From Acanthaster planci (taxonomy: Eukaryota): a DNA stretch of 64,000 bases. Both the position numbers and the translations under genes were made by a program. This document shows positions 36,401 through 46,300 of the stretch, piece by piece (position 1 is the first letter of the stretch; each line of letters starts with the position of its first letter). The stretch is taken from the NCBI RefSeq assembly GCF_001949145.1, contig NW_019091361.1, positions 1,205,588 through 1,269,587 on the forward strand. The letters run 5' to 3'. The notes beneath the pieces were generated by a model. The model was not told the origin of the DNA and did not search any database. It saw nothing but the letters and a program-made list of their open reading frames with translations.

Positions 36401-39400
36401 GTGTCGGCCGTAAAGGTACCAAGTGATGTGATTGGTTGATCATTAATGATATCTTCTTTGCCAAAGACTAGCTTCCGGTGGTACCTCAAGCTGTCAAAAG
36501 TTTCATTTGGAAAGTGCTTACGAAACTCTGTGGGTGAGAAGCATAGTTGTATTGAGATCCGAAGGGCTAAAGCGCTTAACTTAAAGTATTTCCGGCACTT
36601 TATAAAACACAGTGGACTTCAGTGTGCGTCATTTATTTAAAGCGAACTTCCCAGTTGTTTAGCCTAGTTTGTGTTTTGAAGGTCATATTTCTATTAAATG
36701 CTTTCCTTGCTCAGAACTGCAGTCCTTTTTAAGAGCTAAAACTCTCTCAAGAACATTCTACAGAGTACGTGGAAAAAGTCACAATACATCCAATGATTTT
36801 TTTTCCACTGAAAAGGTCATTGAAAGCAGTTGATTCACACCAAAGTTGTTGTGCACGATCAAAGATTTGGTGTACTCATGAGTAAAAGAAGTTTCCTTGC
36901 ATTTCGCAGTGAGCCATTCCTATGGTTACGGTCTGATGGATGCTGATGCTATGGTAACTGTGGCCAAGACATGGAACCGAGTGCCTGAGCAGCATATTTG
37001 CACTGAGAATGCCTTGCCTCTACCCAAGTAAGTAACGTGTGGCAAAGGAGTCACTGTAAAGTCTACTTTGACATAGACTTGAAAATTGGCAGGCCTTTCT
37101 TTGACAAAACCATCAAAATGCTCCCAAAATTGGATGTTGTTCTCAGTACTCTGAGGTTAGTTAAGGTAGGCAGTTAACTTGACCGCAGGATCTGCCGCTT
37201 CAAGTTATCATTGTGGTTCTTTTCTCGAGTACCTCAGCTTTACCAACTGTAAGAATGTTCAGGTTGTAATGGTTGTCTCCATTTTTCAGAGGCAAATTAA
37301 GATCTTCTAAACACCGACCAAAGAAGAACATGTATGTTAGAATCCTGTTTTGACAAGAGGTGCATGGAGTGTGCTGAATCAGTCGTTCGTTAGTGCTTGA
37401 ACCTTTTTCTCCTTCCACTTCCAAGGGAAATACCTTCCAGAGGAAAGCTGGTGATCCACTTCAATACGACTGGCTGTGGTGGCACCTCCAACTATGTGGA
37501 GTACCTGGAGCATGTGCACGCCCGCCTGACGCTGAGCTTTAGCCGTCGGGGCTCACTGACCATCAAGCTGACCTCCCCACTGGGCACGGAGGCCACCCTC
37601 CTACCGGCCAGGCCCAGGGATTTCTCCAAAGAAGGGTTCACCGATTGGGACTTCATGAGCGTCCACTCCTGGGGCGAAAGCCCGGCTGGGACCTGGACCC
37701 TAGTCATCCAGAACACTGGGGAAAGATCCTACAGTGGTGAGTGCACTATGGGTTACCTGAGTTTGAGCAAGTAAGGGAGTATGAGTACTGCATGAGTACA
37801 AGTACATGGAAATTTTGCTCTTCGTGTACGAGCATGGGTAGGTTTTCATGAGCATGAATACCCCCAAAATACTTGAGTATAAAATGCTAGGATGCTGTGG
37901 TGAGTGCAGTATTCCTGTGGCTTACTCAATTTGAGCAAGCGGGGGAGTTCATGGGTGAGCATGTTGGATGTGACTTTTACTGGAGCTGATAAGCAGAGAG
38001 TGTCATTGAGCAATTTGATCAGAAGGGAAACCAGTCTCAAAGAAGAATCAAAAGATATTTAGGCTGGTAACCAGATTTTACTGAGCAGATACCGTACAGG
38101 CCTGGCAAGAGTTGGCCCCTGCTGTGTCAGTACAGCTCTGATCTTATAAGTTAGGCTCAACAGTTAGAATGCTGGATGGGTGGATCCCAGAAGTTTTCTT
38201 CTGCTAGGATTGAAACATCAGTTTACCCTTAAAAGTCATATGATAATGCATCCTTTTATTGCATCCAGTAGCAGGTGGCTGCAGCCTTGATATTTTGGTT
38301 TCTGGTAATTGCTTAAGTAAAAAAAAAAAGTTTTAGGACTGCCTGCTAAACGTCTTTCCCAATATTGTCTCATTGTTAGTTTTATTTTTTTTCATATTTT
38401 TTCTTAATTTCCACATTTATTTGTTACTCCTTACCATGCATCTTCTGCAAACTTTGAATACATTGTGGAATTTGCTCACATATTGGAGGCTTTGAAATAG
38501 AGTTTGTCTTTCAGTTCCTAAAGTTAGTTTTATTTCCTTTGTGTTATCATTTCTTTACATGTTTATTATATAGTACAAGATTTTGTGGTGTCAACCCCAA
38601 TGTCAAGTGCTGAATACTGCATTTGAAAGGTTTTTGTTTGCTTCTCAAAAGTAATCAAAAAGTGCATCAATGTCAAATCTTTCTGCATAAATTCCTTTTG
38701 ACAGTTTTGGCAGAATCATTCAAATTTATACACAAAAAAAGAGAAGATTGGACATTGATGCACTGGGAGCAATACGATGATTGCATGCTTGCCTGGTTCG
38801 GACATTTGTATAATTTCCTTCTTGCCTAGGTTCTGTTGTAAACTGCTCGCTTGTCCTATACGGCACTGCTCATGATCCACTGGCCCCCCGCCATGGTCCC
38901 TCTAACTGCTCCTCTGCCTACCGTCTGTCTGTGCATGGCACTCCGGGCCTGGGGCTGTATGGTACCTGTGTGCGCGCGGACTGCGTGCCCAGCACGTGCT
39001 GGACGTGCCCTGAGGCAAAGTCCGGTGCGTGCCCAGGCCAGTGCGGCCCCGGAGCCCCTGTACTCTGGACTCTACTATTCCACACTGCCGGCCTGTTGCT
39101 TACCACCGCTCTCCTTTGCGCCTAGGTACGCTCAAGCACTGGACATTGGTGATGTATGGCACGGAGGTGCACCCGCTGGAGGACCACATCGGCCCCAACA
39201 ACTGCCCCAAGGGGGAGTTCTTGTCCACGGATGTCCGCACTCACTCTGACGGACTGGTTGACAACACCAGTATTGTTCACACCTGCCAGCCGTGCCACTC
39301 CACTTGCGAGACATGCTTTGGGCCCAGTGAGGCCCAGTGCCTGACCTGCCCCTACAGCTACATCAAGCGGGACGTGTACTGTATAACCGTGCGGCCGTAC

Positions 39401-39646
39401 GACCAGAAGATTTTCCTGAGCATGCTGCTCATGTGCGTGGTCCTCTTGGGAATATTCCTGCTTTTCTTTCTAGCCTTGCAGGCTTACAGCCAGGGATTTT
39501 GCTCCTGGAACTACAGTGGCATGTCCAAACAGAAAGGGTGCGATTATGAATACCAGGAACTGACCAAGGATTTTGACTCTGATCCTGAGAATGAGGACTC
39601 CGTTTTGTACACTGAGAAACCTATATCCACAGTCTCCCATATTTGA
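3189..39646 (+). CDS. FURIN: Furin-like proprotein convertase (kexin/PCSK family), whole gene span; 13 coding exons per isoform; about 762 aa (TM isoform) or about 687 aa (alternative-tail isoform) from the first ATG
   Basis: Hand-spliced GT-AG exons join in frame (2289 nt for the TM isoform). Signal peptide, prodomain ending RMKR|D, catalytic ILDDG / HGTRCAGE / WASGNGG / GTSASAP, P domain, Cys-rich repeat, TM segment, YQEL plus acidic cluster. Furin versus PC5/PACE4 orthology was not tested by phylogeny. Confidence 0.9.
5030..5131 (+). CDS. FURIN: Furin coding exon 2 (prodomain)
   Basis: ccccacag|[34 protein letters not shown]|gtaagt; 102 nt, phase 0/0; internal KR secondary cleavage site. 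Confidence 0.9.
5885..6088 (-). repeat. Dispersed repeat family X, copy 1 (inverted relative to copies at 42752 and 57155)
   Basis: gtccaatccctatacac..ttgttac..caatgaccaacacaaag is the reverse complement of ctttgtgttggtcattgtt..gtaacaata..gtgtgtatagggattggac. Confidence 0.7.
6848..9242. mobile_element. Foldback-like element: about 480-bp inverted arms around a CpG-rich core; right arm carries a 116-bp unit x3
   Basis: 6848-7322 is the reverse complement of about 8770-9242. taacttc..aactggaggaacgaaat units start at 8581, 8697 and 8813. Confidence 0.8.
8570..8892 (+). repeat. Tandem repeat, 116-bp unit, about 2.8 copies
   Basis: Near-identical units at 116-nt spacing. Confidence 0.85.
9438..9542 (+). 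CDS. FURIN: Furin coding exon 3 (prodomain end, autocleavage site)
   Basis: ctgcag|[35 protein letters not shown]|gtgagg; 105 nt. Confidence 0.93.
10239..10367 (+). CDS. FURIN: Furin coding exon 4 (catalytic Asp)
   Basis: cccag|[43 protein letters not shown]|gtaagt; 129 nt. Confidence 0.95.
13025..13101 (+). CDS. FURIN: Furin coding exon 5a (mutually exclusive variant A)
   Basis: atatcag|[25 protein letters not shown](R)|gtgttg; 77 nt, phase 0/2. Confidence 0.92.
15412..15488 (+). CDS. FURIN: Furin coding exon 5b (mutually exclusive variant B)
   Basis: tgctaacaatataaag|[25 protein letters not shown](R)|gttgga; 77 nt, phase 0/2, open frame, 14/26 aa identical to exon 5a. Confidence 0.85.
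16076..16452. mobile_element. MITE family Y, copy 1 (long TIRs, TA at the termini)
   Basis: aagccatttgcgagttaaatttgaataaaatctggtac ... gtaccagattttattcaaatttaactcgcaagtgggtt. Confidence 0.8.
22900..22988 (+). CDS. FURIN: Furin coding exon 6 (catalytic His)
   Basis: ttttcacag|(R)[29 protein letters not shown](G)|gtgagt; 89 nt, phase 2/1. Confidence 0.96.
26146..26502. mobile_element. MITE family Y, copy 2, inverted relative to copy 1
   Basis: Same TIRs. Core accatcatctctggaatggactggttcctttgtgccc is the near-exact reverse complement (one mismatch) of the copy 1 core. Confidence 0.8.
28095..28370 (-). mobile_element. tRNA-derived SINE (Nin-domain-like body)
   Basis: Reverse-strand B box (ggattcgaacc) and A-box region (aaccacttggccac). 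Body ccatttatgctcctgggtgga / ccccctggatgggatgccagtccatcacaggtt / catcaggccgg resembles invertebrate SINE2 bodies as I recall them. Confidence 0.7.
31812..31984 (+). CDS. FURIN: Furin coding exon 7
   Basis: ctgcag|(G)[57 protein letters not shown]|gtacag; 173 nt. Confidence 0.96.
31988..32770. mobile_element. pogo/Tigger-type (Tc1/mariner superfamily) non-autonomous element with TA target-site duplication
   Basis: TA|cagtggaacgctgctataacaaacac ... gtgttcggtctagcggtgtcccactg|TA; subterminal tgttcggtatagcgg repeats at both ends. Confidence 0.8.
32826..33070 (-). mobile_element. Degenerate copy of the SINE at 28095
   Basis: catcaggccag..gtttccttggcatgaaa..ctcctggatggagaga..aagtggcttgccca..ggattcaaaccc is collinear with the 28095 copy. 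Confidence 0.6.
34685..34897 (+). CDS. FURIN: Furin coding exon 8 (oxyanion-hole Asn)
   Basis: ccacag|[34 protein letters not shown]...[14 protein letters not shown]|gtaagt; 213 nt. Confidence 0.96.
35820..35920 (+). CDS. FURIN: Furin coding exon 9 (catalytic Ser)
   Basis: ggcag|[33 protein letters not shown](N)|gtaaga; 101 nt. Confidence 0.96.
36312..36415 (+). CDS. FURIN: Furin coding exon 10
   Basis: ttgcag|(N)[34 protein letters not shown](V)|gtacca; 104 nt. Confidence 0.94.
36910..37027 (+). CDS. FURIN: Furin coding exon 11
   Basis: ttcgcag|(V)[38 protein letters not shown](K)|gtaagt; 118 nt. Confidence 0.94.
37426..37736 (+). CDS. FURIN: Furin coding exon 12 (P domain)
   Basis: ttccaag|(K)EIPSRG...[29 protein letters not shown]...[34 protein letters not shown](G)|gtgagt; 311 nt, phase 2/1. 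Confidence 0.94.
38830..39125 (+). CDS. FURIN: Furin alternative terminal exon A: end of P domain, Cys-rich repeat, hydrophobic C-terminus (candidate GPI signal)
   Basis: tttccttcttgcctag| phase 1, open for 97 codons: (G)[26 protein letters not shown]...STCWTC...[21 protein letters not shown]. Paralogous to the start of terminal exon B. Confidence 0.8.
39126..39646 (+). CDS. FURIN: Furin terminal exon B: end of P domain, Cys-rich repeat, TM helix, cytosolic tail
   Basis: ctcctttgcgcctag|(G)[12 protein letters not shown]...[22 protein letters not shown]...[23 protein letters not shown]...[19 protein letters not shown]...HI*. YxxL motif plus acidic Ser cluster are typical of furin tails. Confidence 0.93.
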
Positions 39647-41623
39647 AGTGTAACAATACCACGGCCGCATCTGAAAAACGAGACTACGACTGACATTAAT
39701 GCATGCATAGATGAGAAACGGTTGTAGCCATTAATCCAAAGCCTACGGACGGCTCGTGTGTTTTTGCCAGTTGTAGCCAAATACAATATCATTCAGATGC
39801 GGCCATACATGTACATGTACTTAAAGAAAGGTGTCATTGCAGAAAAAAATTTGTAATAGAAGTTATAGGAATCGTCATATTTATTGGTTTAATTTGTTGG
39901 AATTGTACAGCTCCGGTTGTACAGAATAGATTCATATTTTGCTCACAAAGATTAGTTAGCCACAGTCCGTCAGGAAAGAGAAACCCAGAGAACTCTGTAC
40001 TGTGGAGATGCGGTACACAAAAATCCATCCACTGCTGTGTTGTAAAAATTCTTTCCTGCATTCAGGTTTTCATTAACTGTTTTCGTGAGTTGATGAAAGT
40101 ATAAATGGAATCAACCATTCTTTATTGAATGGTTAAACCGTAAAGTCGTGCAGATTATTTTGGTCAATGGTAACCATTTTTCACGTCTTCCTAAAAAGGC
40201 TGGTAAACTTGTAGTTACTCCCTTCACAGGCTGTGCATGCAATCCTGCTGCAAATGCCAAAGGTTTCAGAGGTTTTTACCGATGTGTAGGTGGAGAAATG
40301 TACAGGTAAGGTAGCACCGAACACATACATTCATTTTATGTACAAGCTGAACCAGATGGTTTCATAACCAAGTGGCCATCCGAATCGTGTGCCTAAGGCA
40401 AGGTCTTTCGTACATTGCAAATGTGTCTCTGCACTTGGTGACAATAGATACACCGGTACATGTAGCTATGCTCTGGAAGCCCATGTTGGACATAACTTGC
40501 TCACACTTGCACAGCAGCTTTCCCTCTTGGAGCCTGAAGGTTCGTAGGGGAAACCAACGTACACCAACAACAGCAAAAATGTGACCTTGTTTGTGCAGCA
40601 TTGCTTGTAAAAGATGTTATCCTCAGCGTGTTATCAGGCGTGTTTTTCTTTTTTGGGGGGGCCTTTTTTGTTGGGGATAGTCCAGTCTGAAAGTTCTTGT
40701 GCAAGTATGTATTGAGAGAAATGGTGCAAAAACTATAATATAGATGGTTTTGATAAAAATGTGTAGGTTGTTGGGGAGTAACGTGTTGAGTCTTCACTAG
40801 CAGGGTAGATACCTAATGACTTTGTGGTAGCCTGGTCACCTCATCTTATGCTGGTACCCTTCTACCCATTCTCAGTCACCACTGCTCAGGTTATCAAACT
40901 GCTTGTCCATTACTTAGTTTGTACATGTATGTAAGGCCGTGTATTTTTCAGCGATTTCGAAAGATGCATACTTTTTTTTATTTTTGTTGTTGGATTAAGT
41001 TTTTACCAATTACACCTGTACGTGAAAAGACAAATGGCACTCTGACCTCCATCTGAGTAGTGTAGAAATGACAGTGTGTGATTTACAGTACTTTGGAATT
41101 GAAAGTTAATCTGGGGATGGCAAATTCTTTCCCCCTTTTTTTCTCTTCCTAGGGAAGTTGGAAAACATTCTCACAGCTTTTTGCACAAGTTGGAAAGTGA
41201 AAGGAAAGTTTTCCCATTTCAATTCAGTGTTAACTTTCAATTAAGGTGTACTGTACACACATTTCTAGAACTTTAGAGATCCAAGATATGACATCACGCT
41301 TCTCAGGGACCAAATGATATGCAGCTGCTTAGCAGGAAATCTTGCCGAGTAAATTTATGCGCTAAGCAAACATGAGCAGAGCACCAGTCACAGGCAGTAT
41401 GAAGGTACCTACATGTACGTGCCTGACTTTTCGGCCGGTAATACATTTTTGCTTAGCAAATATTTTCTTTGCTGAGCAAGGTCTAGAGCTTTGCAACTGT
41501 GTGACATTGTCCTTCGGTCATCTGCAGTGCTCTCACTGCAGATGGAATTCTACTATACTGGCCAACAGCAAGAATGCTTCCTAAACAAATGAAGTCAAAC
41601 CTGACTAATTCTGGGTAACCAAG

Positions 41624-41629
41624 AATAAA
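41624..41629 (+). promoter_or_regulatory. Candidate furin polyadenylation signal
   Basis: AATAAA about 2 kb after the stop, followed by GT-rich gttgtttggctctcgttttc. Confidence 0.3.
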
Positions 41630-42751
41630 AATGCTGCTTAAGTTGTTTGGCTCTCGTTTTCAAAATACAGTATCGAGTCAATGTCTACATGTACACATGC
41701 ACATGTCTAGGAATAAAATTTATGATTGATTGGAAACAGCAGCCAATCAGCAACTGTAGTTCATGTATCATCAAAATCCATTATAAAAACACTGTTAATC
41801 ACGTCACTGGTACCTCCAAAGCACACAGTTCAAAAACACAATTTGACCAGTGTAGCTGGACATTGAAATATTTGCTTCTCTGTTCTAAAGTGACACACAG
41901 CATGGAATTATTCCTGGTATATATGTATGTGTACTATATCAGTATTTGTAAATAAGATGGAAACCACAGTGTGCCTTTAATAACAATTTAATCATATCAA
42001 TATTGTGGTATTTTTAATATACATATATACATGTAGCTACAGAAACAATTGTGTAGGGTTACGGTGTTGAATTTTGGCAAAAAGTGAGATTTTTATTCCA
42101 TGTACAAGCACCCACCTTTGTACATACTCATACAGTGCACTGGTAGGCACTCCTGGTGTGAAGGGGCAATTTCTTTTGTTAGGAAAGTTGAGAGTGAGTT
42201 ATCATGGTTATGGGGAATTTTTAGCCGTAATGTTTTTGGCCGCCACAACGTCTATCTTTCAGCGCATGTGTAGTCCCCGTTCACATGGTACATGTGTTTA
42301 CCTGTGTGTGCAAAACCAATTTATACTCAGTACATATCTTTGCATTTTAATTTTAAAGATGAGAAATTAATGGTTTACTCAGTCTGAGGCATGCATGCAG
42401 TGATAGCCTGCATGTAGGATTACCAAAAGGTACATGTAATAACTTTTGCTCTCGATTTTGTCTCGTCAGATGTACAAGACCTGAATAGCCAAGTCCGAAT
42501 AGAGTCAAGGTCAGATACGGTCAGGGGGCCTTGCCCCATCCAAAGGGCAGTGTTGTTGTAATAATTAGAGAAGGGCAACTGTGGGCCCCTTTGGCCCCCC
42601 CCCTTCAGGTTCTGGATCTGCTCTTGAGGGTCTGCAGTCATGCGTAACTCACACCTGTTCTTAAACTGTAAATGTTTGTCAAGTAACAACACCTATTGCT
42701 AGGTGTGGAGCAGTTGCAGTAATTGCGCATATCAGTTCATTTGATGCAAAC

Positions 42752-42950
42752 TATGGGACAGAGAGAATCCCCCCTGCCGCCTTTGTGTTGGTCATTGTTA
42801 CACTGGTATCTCAAGAATTCTTTTTAGATATCTGGGGGGGGGTATTAAGTAACAATAAGCTGGAGTGTGTATAGGGATTGGACTTCTTTGGGGGGTACCT
42901 CTCTGTCCTATTTCGTACCTTGTAATATTTCAGTTGCCAGTTTCCTCTGT
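42752..42950 (+). repeat. Dispersed repeat family X, copy 2
   Basis: gagagaatccccc..ctttgtgttggtcattgtt..gtgtgtatagggattggac. Confidence 0.7.
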
Positions 42951-43174
42951 AGTATTTTTTCTTGCGTGAGCGGCCGGAGCTTTGACCATTGGTCAGGGCT
43001 GGCAACTTGTTTGCTGCATCAGCCACAGCTCCTCTATCTCTCTGACTGGGTTAGTTGCTGTCACTCCACGACCAGGTAGCCCCCTAGCCATAGCAAGCTT
43101 TGCACAGTGTTGTAGTAAAGTCCCATCACACATTCTGGCATTTTCAAGATGTATTTTTTGCGTTGGGGAGATGT

Positions 43175-43379
43175 TAATTTATACAACGGGTTTTGCCCTA
43201 CCCAACATATATATTGATAAACACTGTACGCTCAGTGCTTGTCCGAGAGCTTGCGAAAAAATTCACAAGCTTACTCGGGTGGGAATTTTTTCGCAAGCTC
43301 TGGGACAAGCACTGAGCATACAGTGTTTATCATTACATGTATATATGTTGGGTAAGGGCAAAACCTGTTATATGAATTA
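43175..43379. mobile_element. Near-perfect 205-bp palindromic MITE-like element
   Basis: ttttgccctacccaacatatat..tgataaacactgta.gctcagtgcttgtcc.agagcttgcgaaaaaattc is mirrored on the right across a loop of about 20 nt. Confidence 0.75.
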
Positions 43380-46300
43380 GCATTCTGGCATGTCTACCAC
43401 AAGTCATCCAGTCTTAAGCATTCCTTTCTCATTGTCCACCCAGTTACTTGTGACTGGTCCTGTGATGGACTTGACCACAACACTGGCTATGTACATGTAC
43501 TTGTCTACCACTTACGGCCCTGTATTGTGTGCTCCTATGTCTAGTTGTTGACTGAATCATTCCATGTGCCTAAAGTGTGCCTAGAGGGTTTTAGCATTAT
43601 CCTTGTACATGTACACAGCTGGGTCCAAACCTGTAATTTACATGTAATTACAGCGAAGCCATCGGCTCACGTGGGTGAGAACAGTGACCAGTCACGACAA
43701 GATACAACAGGTGTAGTTGCATGCAACAAACAAGTTGTTCAGCTTCATCCTCTATTCAACAGTATCATTCCACATCGTGGCTTTGCAAGATTGATGTAAT
43801 AAGATAGGTCAAGAGAATGTGACAGTATGTATCAGAAAGGGTGGGTTTGTGATCAGCGACGCTGCACACTGCTGATTTCTCAGCCACACTGCCGGTTCGT
43901 AAAACTTGGAACAAATATTGCTCTCTTGCAGATTTCACTGCAAATGTTCTGCAGTGTTAAGTGGATCTCTCTTAACACTGGAAGGCATCTTTGTGGGAAT
44001 ATTGCAACTGTGTACAACGCCAACAGGTGTGTGCAGGTGTGGCATACATACATGTAGTGTGAACAAATTTGAAGTCCACATAATGTAGGGTATGATGGCG
44101 TTGTGTGGACTCGCACACGTCCGCACAATGTTTTCCCCTCTCTGAAAAACAGTTTCAGAGGCCTTTTGGGGGTCAAGATTATGATCTGTGGCAAAATGAA
44201 GAGGAACAGTCCAGAAAATCATCAAAAATCCAGCTTAAAGGTGTTATCCTAGTTGGAGAAAAAGGAACATTTTCCTCAAGTTTCCTTAATCACAGGAGAA
44301 CAAAGGAATGTCCACACTTTGTATGTAAAACAGGTATGGGTGTGTATGCGCGGTGTGCAAAATGTTCTAAACTTGTGCTCATGCTGTTCCAAAGACTTTC
44401 GAAATAAGGTGCAGCTCATGAAAATTGAAGTAAAAAATGCCGATACATGAGGCAATCTGTAGGAATTGACAACATTTGAGAGAGACCTATCAGCTCTGTA
44501 TTCACACGGACATAAAGTTTGATCCAGCCTTTAACAGTTGCACATGTTGTTCAAATAGAACTTGATGATGGTTCCTTGGTTTTCAAAGGGGAGATAGTTT
44601 CAGCCGATTTATGAGCATCCAACCACACACTACAGGTCTCTCACAAATGACGTCACTTCCTACAGATGTGTGTTGGCATTTCAGACTATGCTCTATTTCA
44701 GAGATACTTGGACCAACACGCATGCGTGTATAGACCATTTTGCACAGCGAAGACGCACCTGTTGGTACTGTAAACACAGTTGTAAGTTTCCTACGGGGAT
44801 GGCGTCCTGTGATAGAGATCTTATACTTGCTACCACTTTGTAAGCCAGAACCTAATTACATGCTGCCTTTGTGAAGATCTATTTAGCTATAATGTTTTTA
44901 ATGCGTGTTACTTCAGCAGCTTTACCCAGTATGTAAGCAGGCTCTACTTTAGTTATGCTTATTAACACTGATTTAAGATTAACCTTGTGTGTGTGAGGTA
45001 TTACCATTAAATGTTTTGACTGCTACTTTAAAATATGCAGTAACAAAACTTAAATCTTCCGTCAGTTTTTCGTTGGGGAAATGCTCAGTACAGAAAGTTA
45101 CTGTACTGAATATGAAAGCAGTTAGCATTGGTTTTTCAACGCCTGACCTTAGATAATGCTAATTTTTAGGCATCTTTTATTTCAGGAAACCAAAACCCAT
45201 TGCAACTGCATTGTTTGTGTTGTATATCGTTTGTACATTTCCATGAGTCTTCTCGGTGACGGTGCAAATGCATTTACACCAAGAGATATGTAGATTTTTC
45301 GTTTGGAGTAAAGATAACACACAAGAAACAAACGGCCATATTCACTATGGATTGAAGTTGGTGATCGTGGGGTCAAGTCATTTATAATAATTGCTTGTAC
45401 ATGTATGTACTCACTGTCACAGCAGTGCCTCAAGGCCAAAAACTGCCAGACGTCCACAAACAACACCTGAAAACTCAAATGGATATCCAACAGACACAGT
45501 CTATCAACTATTTGAAACTCAAACAGTAGTTATTGAAATGATAGAATTTTAGACATTTTTCATTTGAGGTTGTTGTTTCACTGTCTTTAGTCTAGTTGAC
45601 TACAATGAAAATGAAATTTTCATTATCCCATATTAATTCAAATTAGCCGTAAGTAGTTGTAATTAGTAGTTGTAATTAACAAGATTGAACAAGCTTTGCA
45701 AAAGTATAAATAAGGTCCTTTGTTCTACCAAGAAAACATTCACCATTCATAGGTACATCTGTGAACTCAAAAACACAGTTTGACCACAAGTGATTCTTTT
45801 GCATAGGTAAGTTGCATAGGTGATGTATAGTGTGCAAGTGATTTGGTTTTGCATGAATTTCTCCCCATCCACTTTACACATTATACTTCGTGCCATTTTA
45901 CATGCACTTGTGTCTGATCTGAAAATGGTCTTCCAAGTAGATCATGTTATACTTTGGGGATGTACACTGTACAGGCATTCCAAAATCTCAATAACACTCT
46001 GGGCATTCAAAGAGGTTACTCTTTCCCTTAATATATTCAGGATTTGGAACTTTCTGTTCCCATTATAAGCTTGGGAATACATGTAAAACTCAGCTAAGTA
46101 AAAGTATCACATTATAAACTGAAGTGCTGAATTAGGCTCAATTGTGTTGGTAGTGTCTGGGCGCACAAATGGCATTTGGATATTTTTTCAGAGATATTGT
46201 GGCGCATAAAAAACGGCAAACTTCACACAAAGTGGCATGAACACTACTGATGTGTACACGAGCAACAAGGTTAGAGGCAGGTGCACTGAAGCAACCAGAA

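Noticed and set aside
39029..39125. N-terminal part of the 205-aa ORF 39029-39646 as a standalone gene
   Set aside because: It has no ATG start. The meaningful frame upstream of 39126 is a different one (terminal exon A), and the rest is the furin TM exon.
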